This document shows, piece after piece, positions 8,924 to 17,638 of a DNA stretch of 43,189 nt. Origin of the DNA: a virus (Duplodnaviria; Caudoviricetes); IMG/VR virus record IMGVR_UViG_3300036793_000087, positions 1 through 43,189 of that record. One strand, given 5' to 3'. The position numbers were made by a program, and so were the translations under genes. Below the pieces are notes generated by a model that searched no databases, had not been told where the DNA came from, and saw only the letters and a program-made list of their open reading frames with translations. Numbering within the stretch: position 1 is the first letter of the stretch; each line of letters opens with the position of its first letter.

Positions 8924-9108
8924 CAGCGGATGTTGCCGGGCCTGGCGCCGCAGGTCAGTGCCTTGTACCGCGCAGCGAAAGGTGTGACCGCGCTTGCACT
9001 GTCCTTGCCCGTCACGTCGTTGCGGGGTTGACGACACCAGGCCACGCACATCAGCGCCCACTTCCACAGCCAATCCAGTAGGCGCTCGATCAGATGACTC
9101 GACGGCAC
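8923..9108 (-). CDS. Hypothetical protein (~61 aa, Cys-rich)
   Basis: Stop is coupled to the HNH start. Start position uncertain. Confidence 0.5.
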   Translation of the reverse strand: MPSSHLIERLLDWLWKWALMCVAWCRQPRNDVTGKDSASAVTPFAARYKALTCGARPGNIR

Positions 9109-9353
9109 GCGCCCGCCGTGGTGATCAGGTAACCGGCTGATCCTTCACAGGAACGGATCATGAGCACACCGTTGTGCAGATAGACCGCGTCGTTGTCCAC
9201 GCCTGCCTAGTACTCAGCGATCAGCGCTGGTGAGCAGACGATCTGGTCTGGCCATTGGTCCTTCATGTGCAGGACCTGGTGGCTGTCGCGCCACATCATG
9301 ATGCCGGGCGCAACGATGACCGGGGTCAGTGGGTTGTCGATCACTTCGGGCAT
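9090..9353 (-). pseudogene. Small ORF interrupted by an in-frame TAG (9207-9209), or two tiny ORFs
   Basis: Reads MPEVIDNPLTPVIVAPG...LIAEY*AGVDNDAVYLHNGVLMIRS...RRVI* in one frame, with AGGGGG RBS. Confidence 0.45.
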
Positions 9354-9375
9354 CGCAACCCCCTGGGCGTGCGAA

Positions 9376-9406
9376 AGGCTCCCGATCGCTGTGGATTCGG
9401 GAGCCT
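9376..9406 (-). terminator. Hairpin just downstream of the putative late promoter
   Basis: 10-bp inverted repeat aggctcccga/tcgggagcct with a short T run on the minus strand. Confidence 0.55.
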
Positions 9407-9431
9407 GGGCATAGTCGTCCTAGCCGCGCTC

Positions 9432-9460
9432 ATGATGACATTCGGACATCACGGACGCAA
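9432..9460 (-). promoter_or_regulatory. Putative late promoter
   Basis: TTGCGT-N17-CATCAT in the intergenic gap at the early/late boundary. Confidence 0.45.
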
Positions 9461-9488
9461 GTACCCGGTTTTCGCGGCGTGGCGCTGT

Positions 9489-10385
9489 TCAGGCACCGAG
9501 CTGCTGATCCCCCACCTTTTGCCGCATTATGTCCAGGACATCGCCGACTCTGTAGAGCGGCTTGCCTTCGGCATCCTCACGCCAGGCGAACAGTTTCTGA
9601 CGCTTGGCCATGAGCCGGATCTGGCCTTCGGTGACGTGGTAGCCGGCATTGCGCAGCGCGCTGGCGATCACGGCAGGTCTGGCCATGTCATCCTGCGCCT
9701 GGTCAAGCGCCCACTGCACACGCTCGCTGGCCGGGTACTCCTTGCCGCAGCCAAGCAGCTCGTTGGTGTCCTCGTCGCGTGCGTTGCAGCGGATCGTCGA
9801 GGCGCCCGGCCGGCTGAACAGCGGCTGATCGCACACGCGCGGTTCTGCGAGCAGCTCGGCCTTGACCGTGCCGTCGCTTACGGTGACGGCCACCATGACC
9901 ATCGCCGTGCACGGTCCTGCGTAGCGCTTGCCGTGGTTGTCCACGGCGTTGGCCAGCGCGTGCTGCAGATCCTTGAGCCCACTCAGGATCTCGCCGGCGA
10001 GCTGGTCCTGACGGATCGCCTCTATGTGGCCGTGCAACCAACGAGCCAGATCGGCGGTCGGCACCGGCCGGCCCGCGTCTTTGATCTGCGGCACGCGCAA
10101 TCCGCGCGATTCGCAGAGGTGCCTGATGTCGCTGACCAAGCCGTTGCGGGCAAGGTCGGCCAGATGCGCCGCGCGAAGATCTATCGGCAACGGCTGCGAG
10201 GCCGCCTTGGTGTGCCCACCGCCACCGCTGCCGCCGGCTCGAGCTTGCCGCGTGATGGTGGTCTGTAGCTCGCTCAGTTGGGCGGGCATCTCAGCCAGGA
10301 TCTTCTCGAGCACTTTCGTGCAGCGCTGGCAGAGGAACGCGTCCGGTGATGGCCGCCCGCAATCACAGCGTGGCTCGTTCGTCAC
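9489..10385 (-). CDS. Putative late-gene regulator with Zn ligands and C-terminal HTH (298 aa)
   Basis: GTGA-coupled start, CDC..CQRC and AGPC..C motifs, C-terminal GQIRLMAKRQKL..PLYRVGDV HTH-like tail. Last early gene. Confidence 0.65.
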   Translation of the reverse strand: MTNEPRCDCGRPSPDAFLCQRCTKVLEKILAEMPAQLSELQTTITRQARAGGSGGGGHTKAASQPLPIDLRAAHLADLARNGLVSDIRHLCESRGLRVPQIKDAGRPVPTADLARWLHGHIEAIRQDQLAGEILSGLKDLQHALANAVDNHGKRYAGPCTAMVMVAVTVSDGTVKAELLAEPRVCDQPLFSRPGASTIRCNARDEDTNELLGCGKEYPASERVQWALDQAQDDMARPAVIASALRNAGYHVTEGQIRLMAKRQKLFAWREDAEGKPLYRVGDVLDIMRQKVGDQQLGA

Positions 10386-10567
10386 GCAGACGTCCGCTTG
10401 GCCTTGTTCATCTTCAACGGGAACCGCGGGTACGTGATTGCTGCCGCTCTGCCCAGCGCCAGCTGGTGGTAGGCCCGGCGGTAGTAGTTCAATCCCCACG
10501 GCCGATGCTCGGCCCAAACGGTGGCCACAGCGGCACCAATGGCGGCTGCGGCGAGTAGTCGGGTCAT
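10382..10567 (-). CDS. Hypothetical protein (61 aa, hydrophobic N-terminus)
   Basis: ATGA and GTGA coupling on both sides. Confidence 0.6.
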   Translation of the reverse strand: MTRLLAAAAIGAAVATVWAEHRPWGLNYYRRAYHQLALGRAAAITYPRFPLKMNKAKRTSA

Positions 10568-13500
10568 GAGGCGTCCTTCCAGGCGTAGGAGGGCTCGGAT
10601 GCCTCGGCTTTGATGGGCACTCCGGCCAGCGTGGTTTCCATGGAGGCCACAAGTGCGGCAGTCGCGTCGGCCGCTTCGGATTCGTCGATTACGGCCACGA
10701 TCTCGTCGTGCACGGGCAGCAGCACGGCGTCGGCCCAACGGGTCTCGCGCCAGCGCATCAGGGTGTCCACCAGCAGCTCGCGGGCAGTGCCCTGGATGCA
10801 GTAGTTGGGCGCCGCGTGCGGGCGCATCTTGGGCAGGTGGATCACTCGTCCGGCGTAGCTCGGGAATTGCGTGTGCCCGCTCTTGACCGCGTCGGACACG
10901 GACCGGGACCAGGCAGTCAGCTGCGGTGTCATCGCATCGAGGGTGTCCACCATCGAGGCCGCCTCTGATTCGCTGATCCCCAGCGTGCGGGCGATGCCGG
11001 GTATGCCGCTCCCGTAGAGGCGGCCGAATACGCCGCGTTTGACGTTGTAGCGATCTTCCTTGCTGGCTTCGGGGCCGTAGACCTGGCGGGCGATCTCCCA
11101 GTGCAGGTCAACGCCGGCGGCCAGCATCTGCTGCAGGTTCTGGTCTCCGGACAGCGCGGCCGCCACCCGGATCTCGACACTGGCGAAGTCAGCGGACACC
11201 AGCAGCGAGCCGGGGTCGGCCGTGATGCAGGCGCGGATGCCGCCTTGGCGGGGCATCTGCTGCAGGTTGGGCCGCACGCACGACATCCGGCCGGTGTCGG
11301 CGCCCAGGGTGTAGATCGTCGGGCGGGCCCGGCCGTCACCGCGCTCCACCAGGACCCGATAGGGCTCGAGGAACGTGCCCAGCACGGTGTCGTGGTGGCG
11401 GTACTGCAGCACGTTGCGGACCAGGTCGCCCACCGCGCCGTCGGCGTTCTTGAACGGGTCGAGCACGCCTTTGGCCACCGACAGCCGCCCGGTGCGCGTA
11501 CGGGGCAGCTCAGCGCCGAGAGCGGCCAGCGCTGCACCCACCTGCGGATCGCTGCCGGGGTTGTCGATGCCGGCCTTGCGGACCAGTTCGCCGGCGGCGG
11601 CCCGGGCGGCGGTGTGCACGGGGATCAGCTCGGCCACGTGCTCGCCGTCGATGCGCATGCCCTCATGAGCCACGCGGGCGGTCATCCGCTGGGCGGTGCG
11701 CTCGCGCTCGAGGACGGCCGACGGGATGGCGGGGAATGTCTTGTGCAGCGCGGCGGTGTCCAGCACGTCGGAGGCGGCGTAACGGACCATCGTGGTACAG
11801 CGTGAATCCACCTGGGCCCAGCCGGAGCGCTCGAGCGGCGTGGTCGGCTTGGTCTCGGTCAGCCACTTGCCGGCCTTGAACAGGGCCGATCGGGCCTCCT
11901 CGGCAGCCGTCGAGACCGCACCCAGACCGAGCACCGCCTCGGCGATCTCCTTGAGGCCGCTAGCGTCCGAACGCGCCGAGCGCGGGTCGGTCAGCTTGGC
12001 CGGGATGACGGTGTCGTGCATGCGATCCCAGAGCGAGTCCAGGTCCAGCGACGAGGCGATCGCCACCGGGATCAGATCGGCAGTTGCTGAGAACGCGTGC
12101 AACATCGCGGCGGCCTCAATCAGACCGCACGCAGCAGCGAGCTGGTCCTGGTCGCCGGCGTCGAAGACCGCCACAACGTGCTCGTTGCCGATCTGGATGG
12201 TGCGCAGCGCGTAGTCGGGGTGCCCGATCGGGTAGCCCGTGTGCTCGACGTCCACGGTGAGCTCGGCGAGCATCCCGAAGGCGTCGACCAGCTCGGCCAC
12301 GGCACCCAGCGCGATCGGGCGGACCGCGCCGTCGCGGGTGACCACGGCCGGCATGGTGAGGATCTCGCCGCCGGCCTCGGCGATCGCATCGGCCAGCGCC
12401 TGAGCCTTGGCGGCGGCCTTCTCGGCGGCGCGCACCGCGGGATCGACCTTGACCCGCTTCGGCTTGGCCGGGACGGGTGCCGCAGCTGCTGCCGCCGCGG
12501 CCGCCTTCTCGTCGTCGAGCCGGTGGGCCTCGGCCTTGTTCGCCAGCAGCAGCTGGGTGAGTGCCGAGACGGCCGGTCTCGCCGGCTCAGGCTTGGCCGG
12601 TGCTGGTTCGCCCGGATTCGCCTCGCCGACCGGTGTGCAGGGGGTGGAGGGGGCTGGTGCAGGGGTTGAACCGGCTGCATCCCCCGTATTTGCTGGGATT
12701 GTGCAGGGTGTGCAGGGGGTGGGGGGTTGGTTGTCCGTCTGTGGCTCATGTATGTGCGTGCGCGCGTGTGCGTATGCGCTTAAATGGTTTGAACCCTGCA
12801 CCCCCTGCACCCCCTGCACCGGAGGGCTGTTTTCCCCAGTGTTTACGGGCGTTTCGGAGGGTGCAGGGGTTGTGTCCGTACCCTGCACAACCCCTGCACC
12901 GGACAGCCACGAACCGAGGGACCTGATGCGTAATGCCCGATAGTGACCGGCGCGCCGCTTGACTACGGGGTAGCCGAGTTTGCCCAGTTCCATTCCCCAC
13001 TTGGTCATGGTGGGTGTGATGCCGTCGCGCATGCCCATGTCGCGGGCCCAGTCCACGAACGCTCTGCGCAGCTCGTGGGAGGGGGTGCCGGCGTCGTCCG
13101 GCTCGCAGGCCGCCTCGATCCAGGCCCTGACGGTGTTCTGCTCGGCCGCGATCTCCTCGGCGCGGTAGCGGTAGCGCTCGGGTGCTGATTCGGTCCTGGC
13201 GGTGGTCTCGTCGGCCAGCCAGCCGGCCGCCTCGCGCATCAGCGCAGCCAGCACGCCGGGGGCCTCGGCCCGCCACGCTGCGCCGGCCGGGCTGCCGATG
13301 GCGCGGCGCGCTGCGATCACCTCGACCGGGTCGCCCTCGCAGGGGACGAGGCGCACCCGCCGGCGCACTGCCGGGTCGGTGAGCAGCGGCGGCTCGTTGG
13401 CGGTCAGCACCAGGGTGTGGGTGGGTGTGAACGTGATCGGGTTGCGGCCCATGTCGTTGCCGGTGAGCTCGCCGCCGCCGGTGAGCTGCTTGAGCCGCTC

Positions 13501-15360
13501 CTGGCTGGCCGAGCTGTCCCGCGGCGCCTCGTCGATGAACGAGAGCCGGCGGCCTTTGAGCGCGGTGACGATCGAGGCGTGCGAGCGATCGGTGCCGCCC
13601 AACAGCCGCGGGTCCGCGGCATGGGCGTAGGAGCCCAGCACGCTCATGATCAGCACGATCACCTGCGTCTTGCCGCGGTCACCCTCGCCGACCAGGATGG
13701 GCAGCACCTTGGCCGCGTCGCCGGTGACGGCGACCGAGAGCACCCGCAGCGCCCAGGCCCGCAGCTCGGGGTCAGGCCACACGGCGGCGGTGAAGGCGTC
13801 CCAGAGCGGCGTGGGCAGCGCGACCGGGGCGACCGCGGCCGCGCGCAGGTGCGGGGTGGCCGGGTCGATCAGCGCCGGGGTGGGCTGGGCGTAGCTGGCG
13901 CGCAGGTCCCAGGCGATCCCGCCGGCCCACAGCAGCCACGGGTCGCGGTCGAGCTCGGCCGCGGCGACCGAGCACGGATGGGTGCCGCCGGCCAGCAGCG
14001 CGCGCATCTTCCTGGCGATCGCGCCGGACGGCCCGCCCGACATGAACCGCCGGCGCCGCGCGGCCTGGATGAACGCCTCCGAGCCTTTCTCGGCGTCCGG
14101 GTCGCCGTGCGGCATGAGCCCGGCGACCTCGGTGACCGCCCACTCGGACAGGTCGGTGAGGTCCTCCCAGTATTCGGGGCCGCGGCGCAGCCAGCCGTGC
14201 GAGTCGTAGGCGTAGCGCATCACCGGATACATCCGCTCGAGCACGCACTGGCCCAGCGGGTGGTCCAAGTGGAAGGGCGGGTCGAACAGCTGCGCGCCGA
14301 TGATCTCCCGGGTGCTCCACGGGCGCGGCGGCGCGATCGGCTCGGCCGGGTCAGCGCCCGGCACGGTTCCCGGTGCGGGTGCGGGCACGAGGGTGAGGCC
14401 CATCGCCTCGAAGCACGGGTCACGGTCGACCGGGGTGGTGCGGGCCAGGCGGGTGACGGCCTTGCGGGCGGCGGTGACGAACATCCGCAGCCACTCCTCG
14501 CCGCGGTCCTCGCCGGCGGTGATCTGCTCCCACAGCGCGCTGAGCTCGGCGAACGCGGCGCCCAGGCCGGGGTGCCCGTCGGCTGAGAGCTGGATCAGGT
14601 TCCAGGCCCGGTCGTCGGCCGCGTCGTGGCGGGTGCCGCTGGTGGAGGCCTCGATGAGGCGCTGGGCGTCGAGCAGGGCGCTGGCCATCTGCGCGCAGGC
14701 GGGCCGATCGTCGTAGAAGATCGCCGACCACATCGCCTCGCCGGCCGACTGCGGCGCTGCCAGGTCGCTGGCGCCGGCCGCGCCCTCGCGCAGGCCGTCC
14801 ACCCAGGCCTGCGGCAGTTCGGGCAGCTCGGTGGGCTTGGGCGGCTCGCAGGCCAGCCCCTGCGGGTCATACCACCGGTAGATCGCGCCGGCGCCGACGT
14901 GCACCGAGGGCCAGACGACGGCGTAGCGGTGGTGGCGCTGGATGATCTCGACGTCCGGGCCGAGCACCGTGGCGTAGCGGTCCACCGGGACCCGGTAGAA
15001 CATGATCTGGCTCGGGCCCGGGCCGGTGTCGCTGCCGCGTGCGGTGCTCGACCAGGTGGCGGGCAGCGGCCCCCAGCGCTGCCAGGCGTCGTTGACGGTC
15101 GCGGCGCCGTGCTTGGTGACGCTGCCTTTGACGTACTCGTCGACGTCGATGCCGATCACGCCCTCAGGCATCCGGACGGCGATCGAGCTGTCGGCGTGGC
15201 TGCCCGCCCAGCGCACCAGCTGCTCCGGGTCGGCGTCGACGCCGCTCGCCCCGGTATAGCCGGCCGGCGGCGGCGTCTTGGTCTCCGGAGGCACCGGGAC
15301 GACAGGCCACCCCGCCAGGGCGTAGGTCGCCACGGCGTCGGCGAACGGGCGCAGGTTCAT
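10564..15360 (-). CDS. Fused replicase: AEP primase-polymerase + D5/SF3 helicase + 3'-5' exonuclease + family A DNA polymerase (1598 aa)
   Basis: Prim-Pol VIGIDVD and RYAVVWPS. SF3 Walker A GEGDRGKT, Walker B SFIDE, motif C TAN. Exonuclease VDVEHTG and YAASD. PolA TGRMSC..PNLQQ, motif A ADFASVEIR, motif B RYNVKRGVFGRLYG, motif C VHDE. Confidence 0.95.
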   Translation of the reverse strand: MNLRPFADAVATYALAGWPVVPVPPETKTPPPAGYTGASGVDADPEQLVRWAGSHADSSIAVRMPEGVIGIDVDEYVKGSVTKHGAATVNDAWQRWGPLPATWSSTARGSDTGPGPSQIMFYRVPVDRYATVLGPDVEIIQRHHRYAVVWPSVHVGAGAIYRWYDPQGLACEPPKPTELPELPQAWVDGLREGAAGASDLAAPQSAGEAMWSAIFYDDRPACAQMASALLDAQRLIEASTSGTRHDAADDRAWNLIQLSADGHPGLGAAFAELSALWEQITAGEDRGEEWLRMFVTAARKAVTRLARTTPVDRDPCFEAMGLTLVPAPAPGTVPGADPAEPIAPPRPWSTREIIGAQLFDPPFHLDHPLGQCVLERMYPVMRYAYDSHGWLRRGPEYWEDLTDLSEWAVTEVAGLMPHGDPDAEKGSEAFIQAARRRRFMSGGPSGAIARKMRALLAGGTHPCSVAAAELDRDPWLLWAGGIAWDLRASYAQPTPALIDPATPHLRAAAVAPVALPTPLWDAFTAAVWPDPELRAWALRVLSVAVTGDAAKVLPILVGEGDRGKTQVIVLIMSVLGSYAHAADPRLLGGTDRSHASIVTALKGRRLSFIDEAPRDSSASQERLKQLTGGGELTGNDMGRNPITFTPTHTLVLTANEPPLLTDPAVRRRVRLVPCEGDPVEVIAARRAIGSPAGAAWRAEAPGVLAALMREAAGWLADETTARTESAPERYRYRAEEIAAEQNTVRAWIEAACEPDDAGTPSHELRRAFVDWARDMGMRDGITPTMTKWGMELGKLGYPVVKRRAGHYRALRIRSLGSWLSGAGVVQGTDTTPAPSETPVNTGENSPPVQGVQGVQGSNHLSAYAHARTHIHEPQTDNQPPTPCTPCTIPANTGDAAGSTPAPAPSTPCTPVGEANPGEPAPAKPEPARPAVSALTQLLLANKAEAHRLDDEKAAAAAAAAAPVPAKPKRVKVDPAVRAAEKAAAKAQALADAIAEAGGEILTMPAVVTRDGAVRPIALGAVAELVDAFGMLAELTVDVEHTGYPIGHPDYALRTIQIGNEHVVAVFDAGDQDQLAAACGLIEAAAMLHAFSATADLIPVAIASSLDLDSLWDRMHDTVIPAKLTDPRSARSDASGLKEIAEAVLGLGAVSTAAEEARSALFKAGKWLTETKPTTPLERSGWAQVDSRCTTMVRYAASDVLDTAALHKTFPAIPSAVLERERTAQRMTARVAHEGMRIDGEHVAELIPVHTAARAAAGELVRKAGIDNPGSDPQVGAALAALGAELPRTRTGRLSVAKGVLDPFKNADGAVGDLVRNVLQYRHHDTVLGTFLEPYRVLVERGDGRARPTIYTLGADTGRMSCVRPNLQQMPRQGGIRACITADPGSLLVSADFASVEIRVAAALSGDQNLQQMLAAGVDLHWEIARQVYGPEASKEDRYNVKRGVFGRLYGSGIPGIARTLGISESEAASMVDTLDAMTPQLTAWSRSVSDAVKSGHTQFPSYAGRVIHLPKMRPHAAPNYCIQGTARELLVDTLMRWRETRWADAVLLPVHDEIVAVIDESEAADATAALVASMETTLAGVPIKAEASEPSYAWKDAS
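12635..12899. repeat. Iteron-like array, putative replication origin inside the replicase linker
   Basis: Ten perfect copies of GTGCAGGG/CCCTGCAC, five in each orientation, around an alternating purine-pyrimidine tract and TTAAATGGTTTGAA. Confidence 0.75.
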
Positions 15361-16460
15361 ACGGTCCTTCCTGAGGGCATCGCTGCCGGGATGTCGTGGC
15401 GTCTGCGGACCTGGCTGATGCTGTTGCCGGGCAGTCCGACGCGCTGGCCTATTTGGCTGTCGTTCAGCCCCTGGTCGGCCAGCTGCCGGATGGCCTCGAT
15501 GCGTTCGGGGCTCCTGCTGCGGAGCGGGACGCGCAGCGAGCCGTTCATGATGCGGTGCACCGCGATCTCGTCGATCGTCACCGGCGGGAGCTCGATGTCA
15601 GCCCTGGCTGTCGGGTCGTCCAGCTCGTCGTCGTCCCAGGCCAGCGGCGGCAGCCAGTTGTGCTGCTTGGCGTAGCCGATGCTGCGGGAGTAGGCGATCT
15701 TGTCCCGGTGCGTATCACGCGGCGGAAGTGTGTTCCAGAGCTGCTCATACAGCGCGGCCACAGCGCGGTGCGTGGTCAGCTGCACGCTGTCGCGCTGCAT
15801 CATGCCGCCGAAGTTGCCGCGCTCCAGGCCGAGGCGATCGGCAAGCTTGGACTGCGACCAGCCGATCGCCACGAGGGCCTGCAGTCGCCGATGGGTGCCG
15901 ATGCTGGGAACACACTGGCCGCCGGCCATCGTCTCGGGGCTAATCGGTATGGCGAGGATGCGCTGAGCCGTCTCCGGCTTGATCCGGCGCGCCGGCGGGC
16001 GCCTGGTGCCGTCGGCGTTGGGGTGGCCGTACATCAGCTTGTTCATCACGCCGCTCGACGGACCACCGAGGCGTGTGATCTGCTTGAGCCCGATGCCGGC
16101 GGCCTGCAGCGCGAGCACGTGCTGGCGGGTCGGCTCGGCGTCGATCAGCCCGTCGAAGCGGCCGTAGAGATGCTTCCTGGCACGGGTGTTCTCGTACTCC
16201 CGGTTGGCCAGCTTGCAGGGCAGGCAGCGGCAGACGTCGAGCACGTAGCAGGCGTGGGTGCCGTGCTGGTGGTCGGCGATCTTGTGCAGACACGGCCGCG
16301 TCTCGCCGGCTGTCTGCAGCTTGCGCCGGCGGCGGGCGTAACGCGCGTCACGGGCCAGCTTGAGCTCGCAGGAGTGCCGATCGAGGGCCATCCGCGCCTG
16401 GTTGGGGCGTAGCGGCCGGGTGGAGTAACCGCAGTCACCGCAACGCATCCTGGTGGCCAT
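15357..16460 (-). CDS. Multi-HTH DNA-binding protein with Cys/His-rich N-terminus (367 aa)
   Basis: HGT..Y..CRCLPC, RRLQALVAIGWSQSKLADRLG, WLPPLAWDDD, and a C-terminal GLNDSQIGQRVG HTH. Confidence 0.8.
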   Translation of the reverse strand: MATRMRCGDCGYSTRPLRPNQARMALDRHSCELKLARDARYARRRRKLQTAGETRPCLHKIADHQHGTHACYVLDVCRCLPCKLANREYENTRARKHLYGRFDGLIDAEPTRQHVLALQAAGIGLKQITRLGGPSSGVMNKLMYGHPNADGTRRPPARRIKPETAQRILAIPISPETMAGGQCVPSIGTHRRLQALVAIGWSQSKLADRLGLERGNFGGMMQRDSVQLTTHRAVAALYEQLWNTLPPRDTHRDKIAYSRSIGYAKQHNWLPPLAWDDDELDDPTARADIELPPVTIDEIAVHRIMNGSLRVPLRSRSPERIEAIRQLADQGLNDSQIGQRVGLPGNSISQVRRRHDIPAAMPSGRTV

Positions 16461-16663
16461 CACGCACACAGCCCGGCGTGCACGGTCCAGCAGCGCCCGC
16501 ACGGCTTCTCACCGGGCGCCAGGTCGGCCGCGGTAAGGGCCGGTGTCGGGCAGTCGACGTGCACCAGGTCGTCGCGCAGGTTGTAGACGACCTCCTGGCC
16601 GGGCACGATCGGCTCGAGGCATTCGGCGCAGGTGCCGTGATAGGCCGCGGTGAAGGGGTTCAT
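16460..16663 (-). CDS. Small Zn-binding protein (67 aa)
   Basis: CAEC..HVDC..CGRC..H..C motif, coupled starts and stops. Confidence 0.7.
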   Translation of the reverse strand: MNPFTAAYHGTCAECLEPIVPGQEVVYNLRDDLVHVDCPTPALTAADLAPGEKPCGRCWTVHAGLCA

Positions 16664-17004
16664 GCTGACGCCTCGACCTTTGTGCGGCGGGCCAGCACTG
16701 CACCGGTGACGCTGTTGCACAGCCCGCATGCCGGCCGGATGTTGTTGCGCCGGTAGGTGCCGCCGAGGCAACCGGGAATGATCCGGTCGACAGTCACCGT
16801 GTCGGCGGTGAGCAAACGTCCGCACCGGTAGCACCGGCATGCTGGGACGCCGTCGTTGATCCAGACCGAGTTGACGTAGCCGTCTGTATCGACGACGACA
16901 TCGCAGTCTGCTCGGAACGTCTCGATCAGCCAGATACGGCGAGCGAGCCGGTCGGCCGACGATCCGCGGTCGTTGCGATTGGTCGTGCCGCGAGAGGCCG
17001 TCAT
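16660..17004 (-). CDS. HNH-fold protein (114 aa)
   Basis: CYRCG..TVDRIIPG..GGTY..NIRPACGLCN; has DR in place of the usual DH. Confidence 0.75.
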   Translation of the reverse strand: MTASRGTTNRNDRGSSADRLARRIWLIETFRADCDVVVDTDGYVNSVWINDGVPACRCYRCGRLLTADTVTVDRIIPGCLGGTYRRNNIRPACGLCNSVTGAVLARRTKVEASA

Positions 17005-17471
17005 CGCAGCGCCGCTTTGCTCATCGGGTCGCGGAATCCGCTCTGCACGGCCGCGTAGAGCGCGTGCCGGGCAGCGTCCCGGGCGTGGCCCATGCCCGCG
17101 GTGGGATCGAGCAGGCCGGCTGCGGCGAGCTTGCGGTCGGTGGCCCACGGCTTGACCTGGCCGGCCGCCCGCAGCACGACGTCGTCGCCGAACTCGGCGG
17201 ACAGCGCGCCGATCAGGTTGCGGGTGATCCGGCCGGCTTCGGCGCTGCCCGAGCGGCCGCTGCGCGGGCCGACCACGAACTGCTCGACGGCCACGATCGT
17301 TTTTGTCGGCTGCATGAAGCCGTGCGCGATCACGTCTGCGAAGAACATCGTGCTGTAGTGATCGCACTGCAGGATCACCGGATCGGACATCGCGTCGACG
17401 TCGCTGAACAGCAGCGCGACGATGCCCGTGGTGGGACCGGGGTCGATCCCGATCACGAGGGTGCTGGTCAT
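17001..17471 (-). CDS. RuvC-like Holliday junction resolvase (156 aa)
   Basis: VIGIDPGPTTG, VAVEQF and HARDAARH motifs, ATGA-coupled start. Confidence 0.8.
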   Translation of the reverse strand: MTSTLVIGIDPGPTTGIVALLFSDVDAMSDPVILQCDHYSTMFFADVIAHGFMQPTKTIVAVEQFVVGPRSGRSGSAEAGRITRNLIGALSAEFGDDVVLRAAGQVKPWATDRKLAAAGLLDPTAGMGHARDAARHALYAAVQSGFRDPMSKAALR

Positions 17472-17638
17472 GAGTCGTCCTCTGCTCCGTGTGGGACCCG
17501 CAGGCCGTTGTCGTCGAAGTACCAGAGCCCGTCGGTGTGATGGCCGTGGTGACCGAGAGGGCGACGGCAGGTCTCGTCTATGTCGACGTCCCACCAATGC
17601 ACCGAGTACTCGCAGAGGGGCTCCGTCGGGAGCGTCAT
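17468..17638 (-). CDS. Hypothetical protein (56 aa)
   Basis: C...CRRPLGHHGHH motif, ATGA coupling. Confidence 0.6.
   Translation of the reverse strand: MTLPTEPLCEYSVHWWDVDIDETCRRPLGHHGHHTDGLWYFDDNGLRVPHGAEDDS

Noticed and set aside
9207-9209. Genome-wide TAG recoding
   Set aside because: TAG ends several clear genes (1483, 18682, 26929, 38803) and no suppressor tRNA is present.
12300-12960. Intein or intron explaining the length of the replicase
   Set aside because: No C/S...HN-C/S/T splice motifs or homing endonuclease. The segment is a low-complexity linker carrying DNA repeats.
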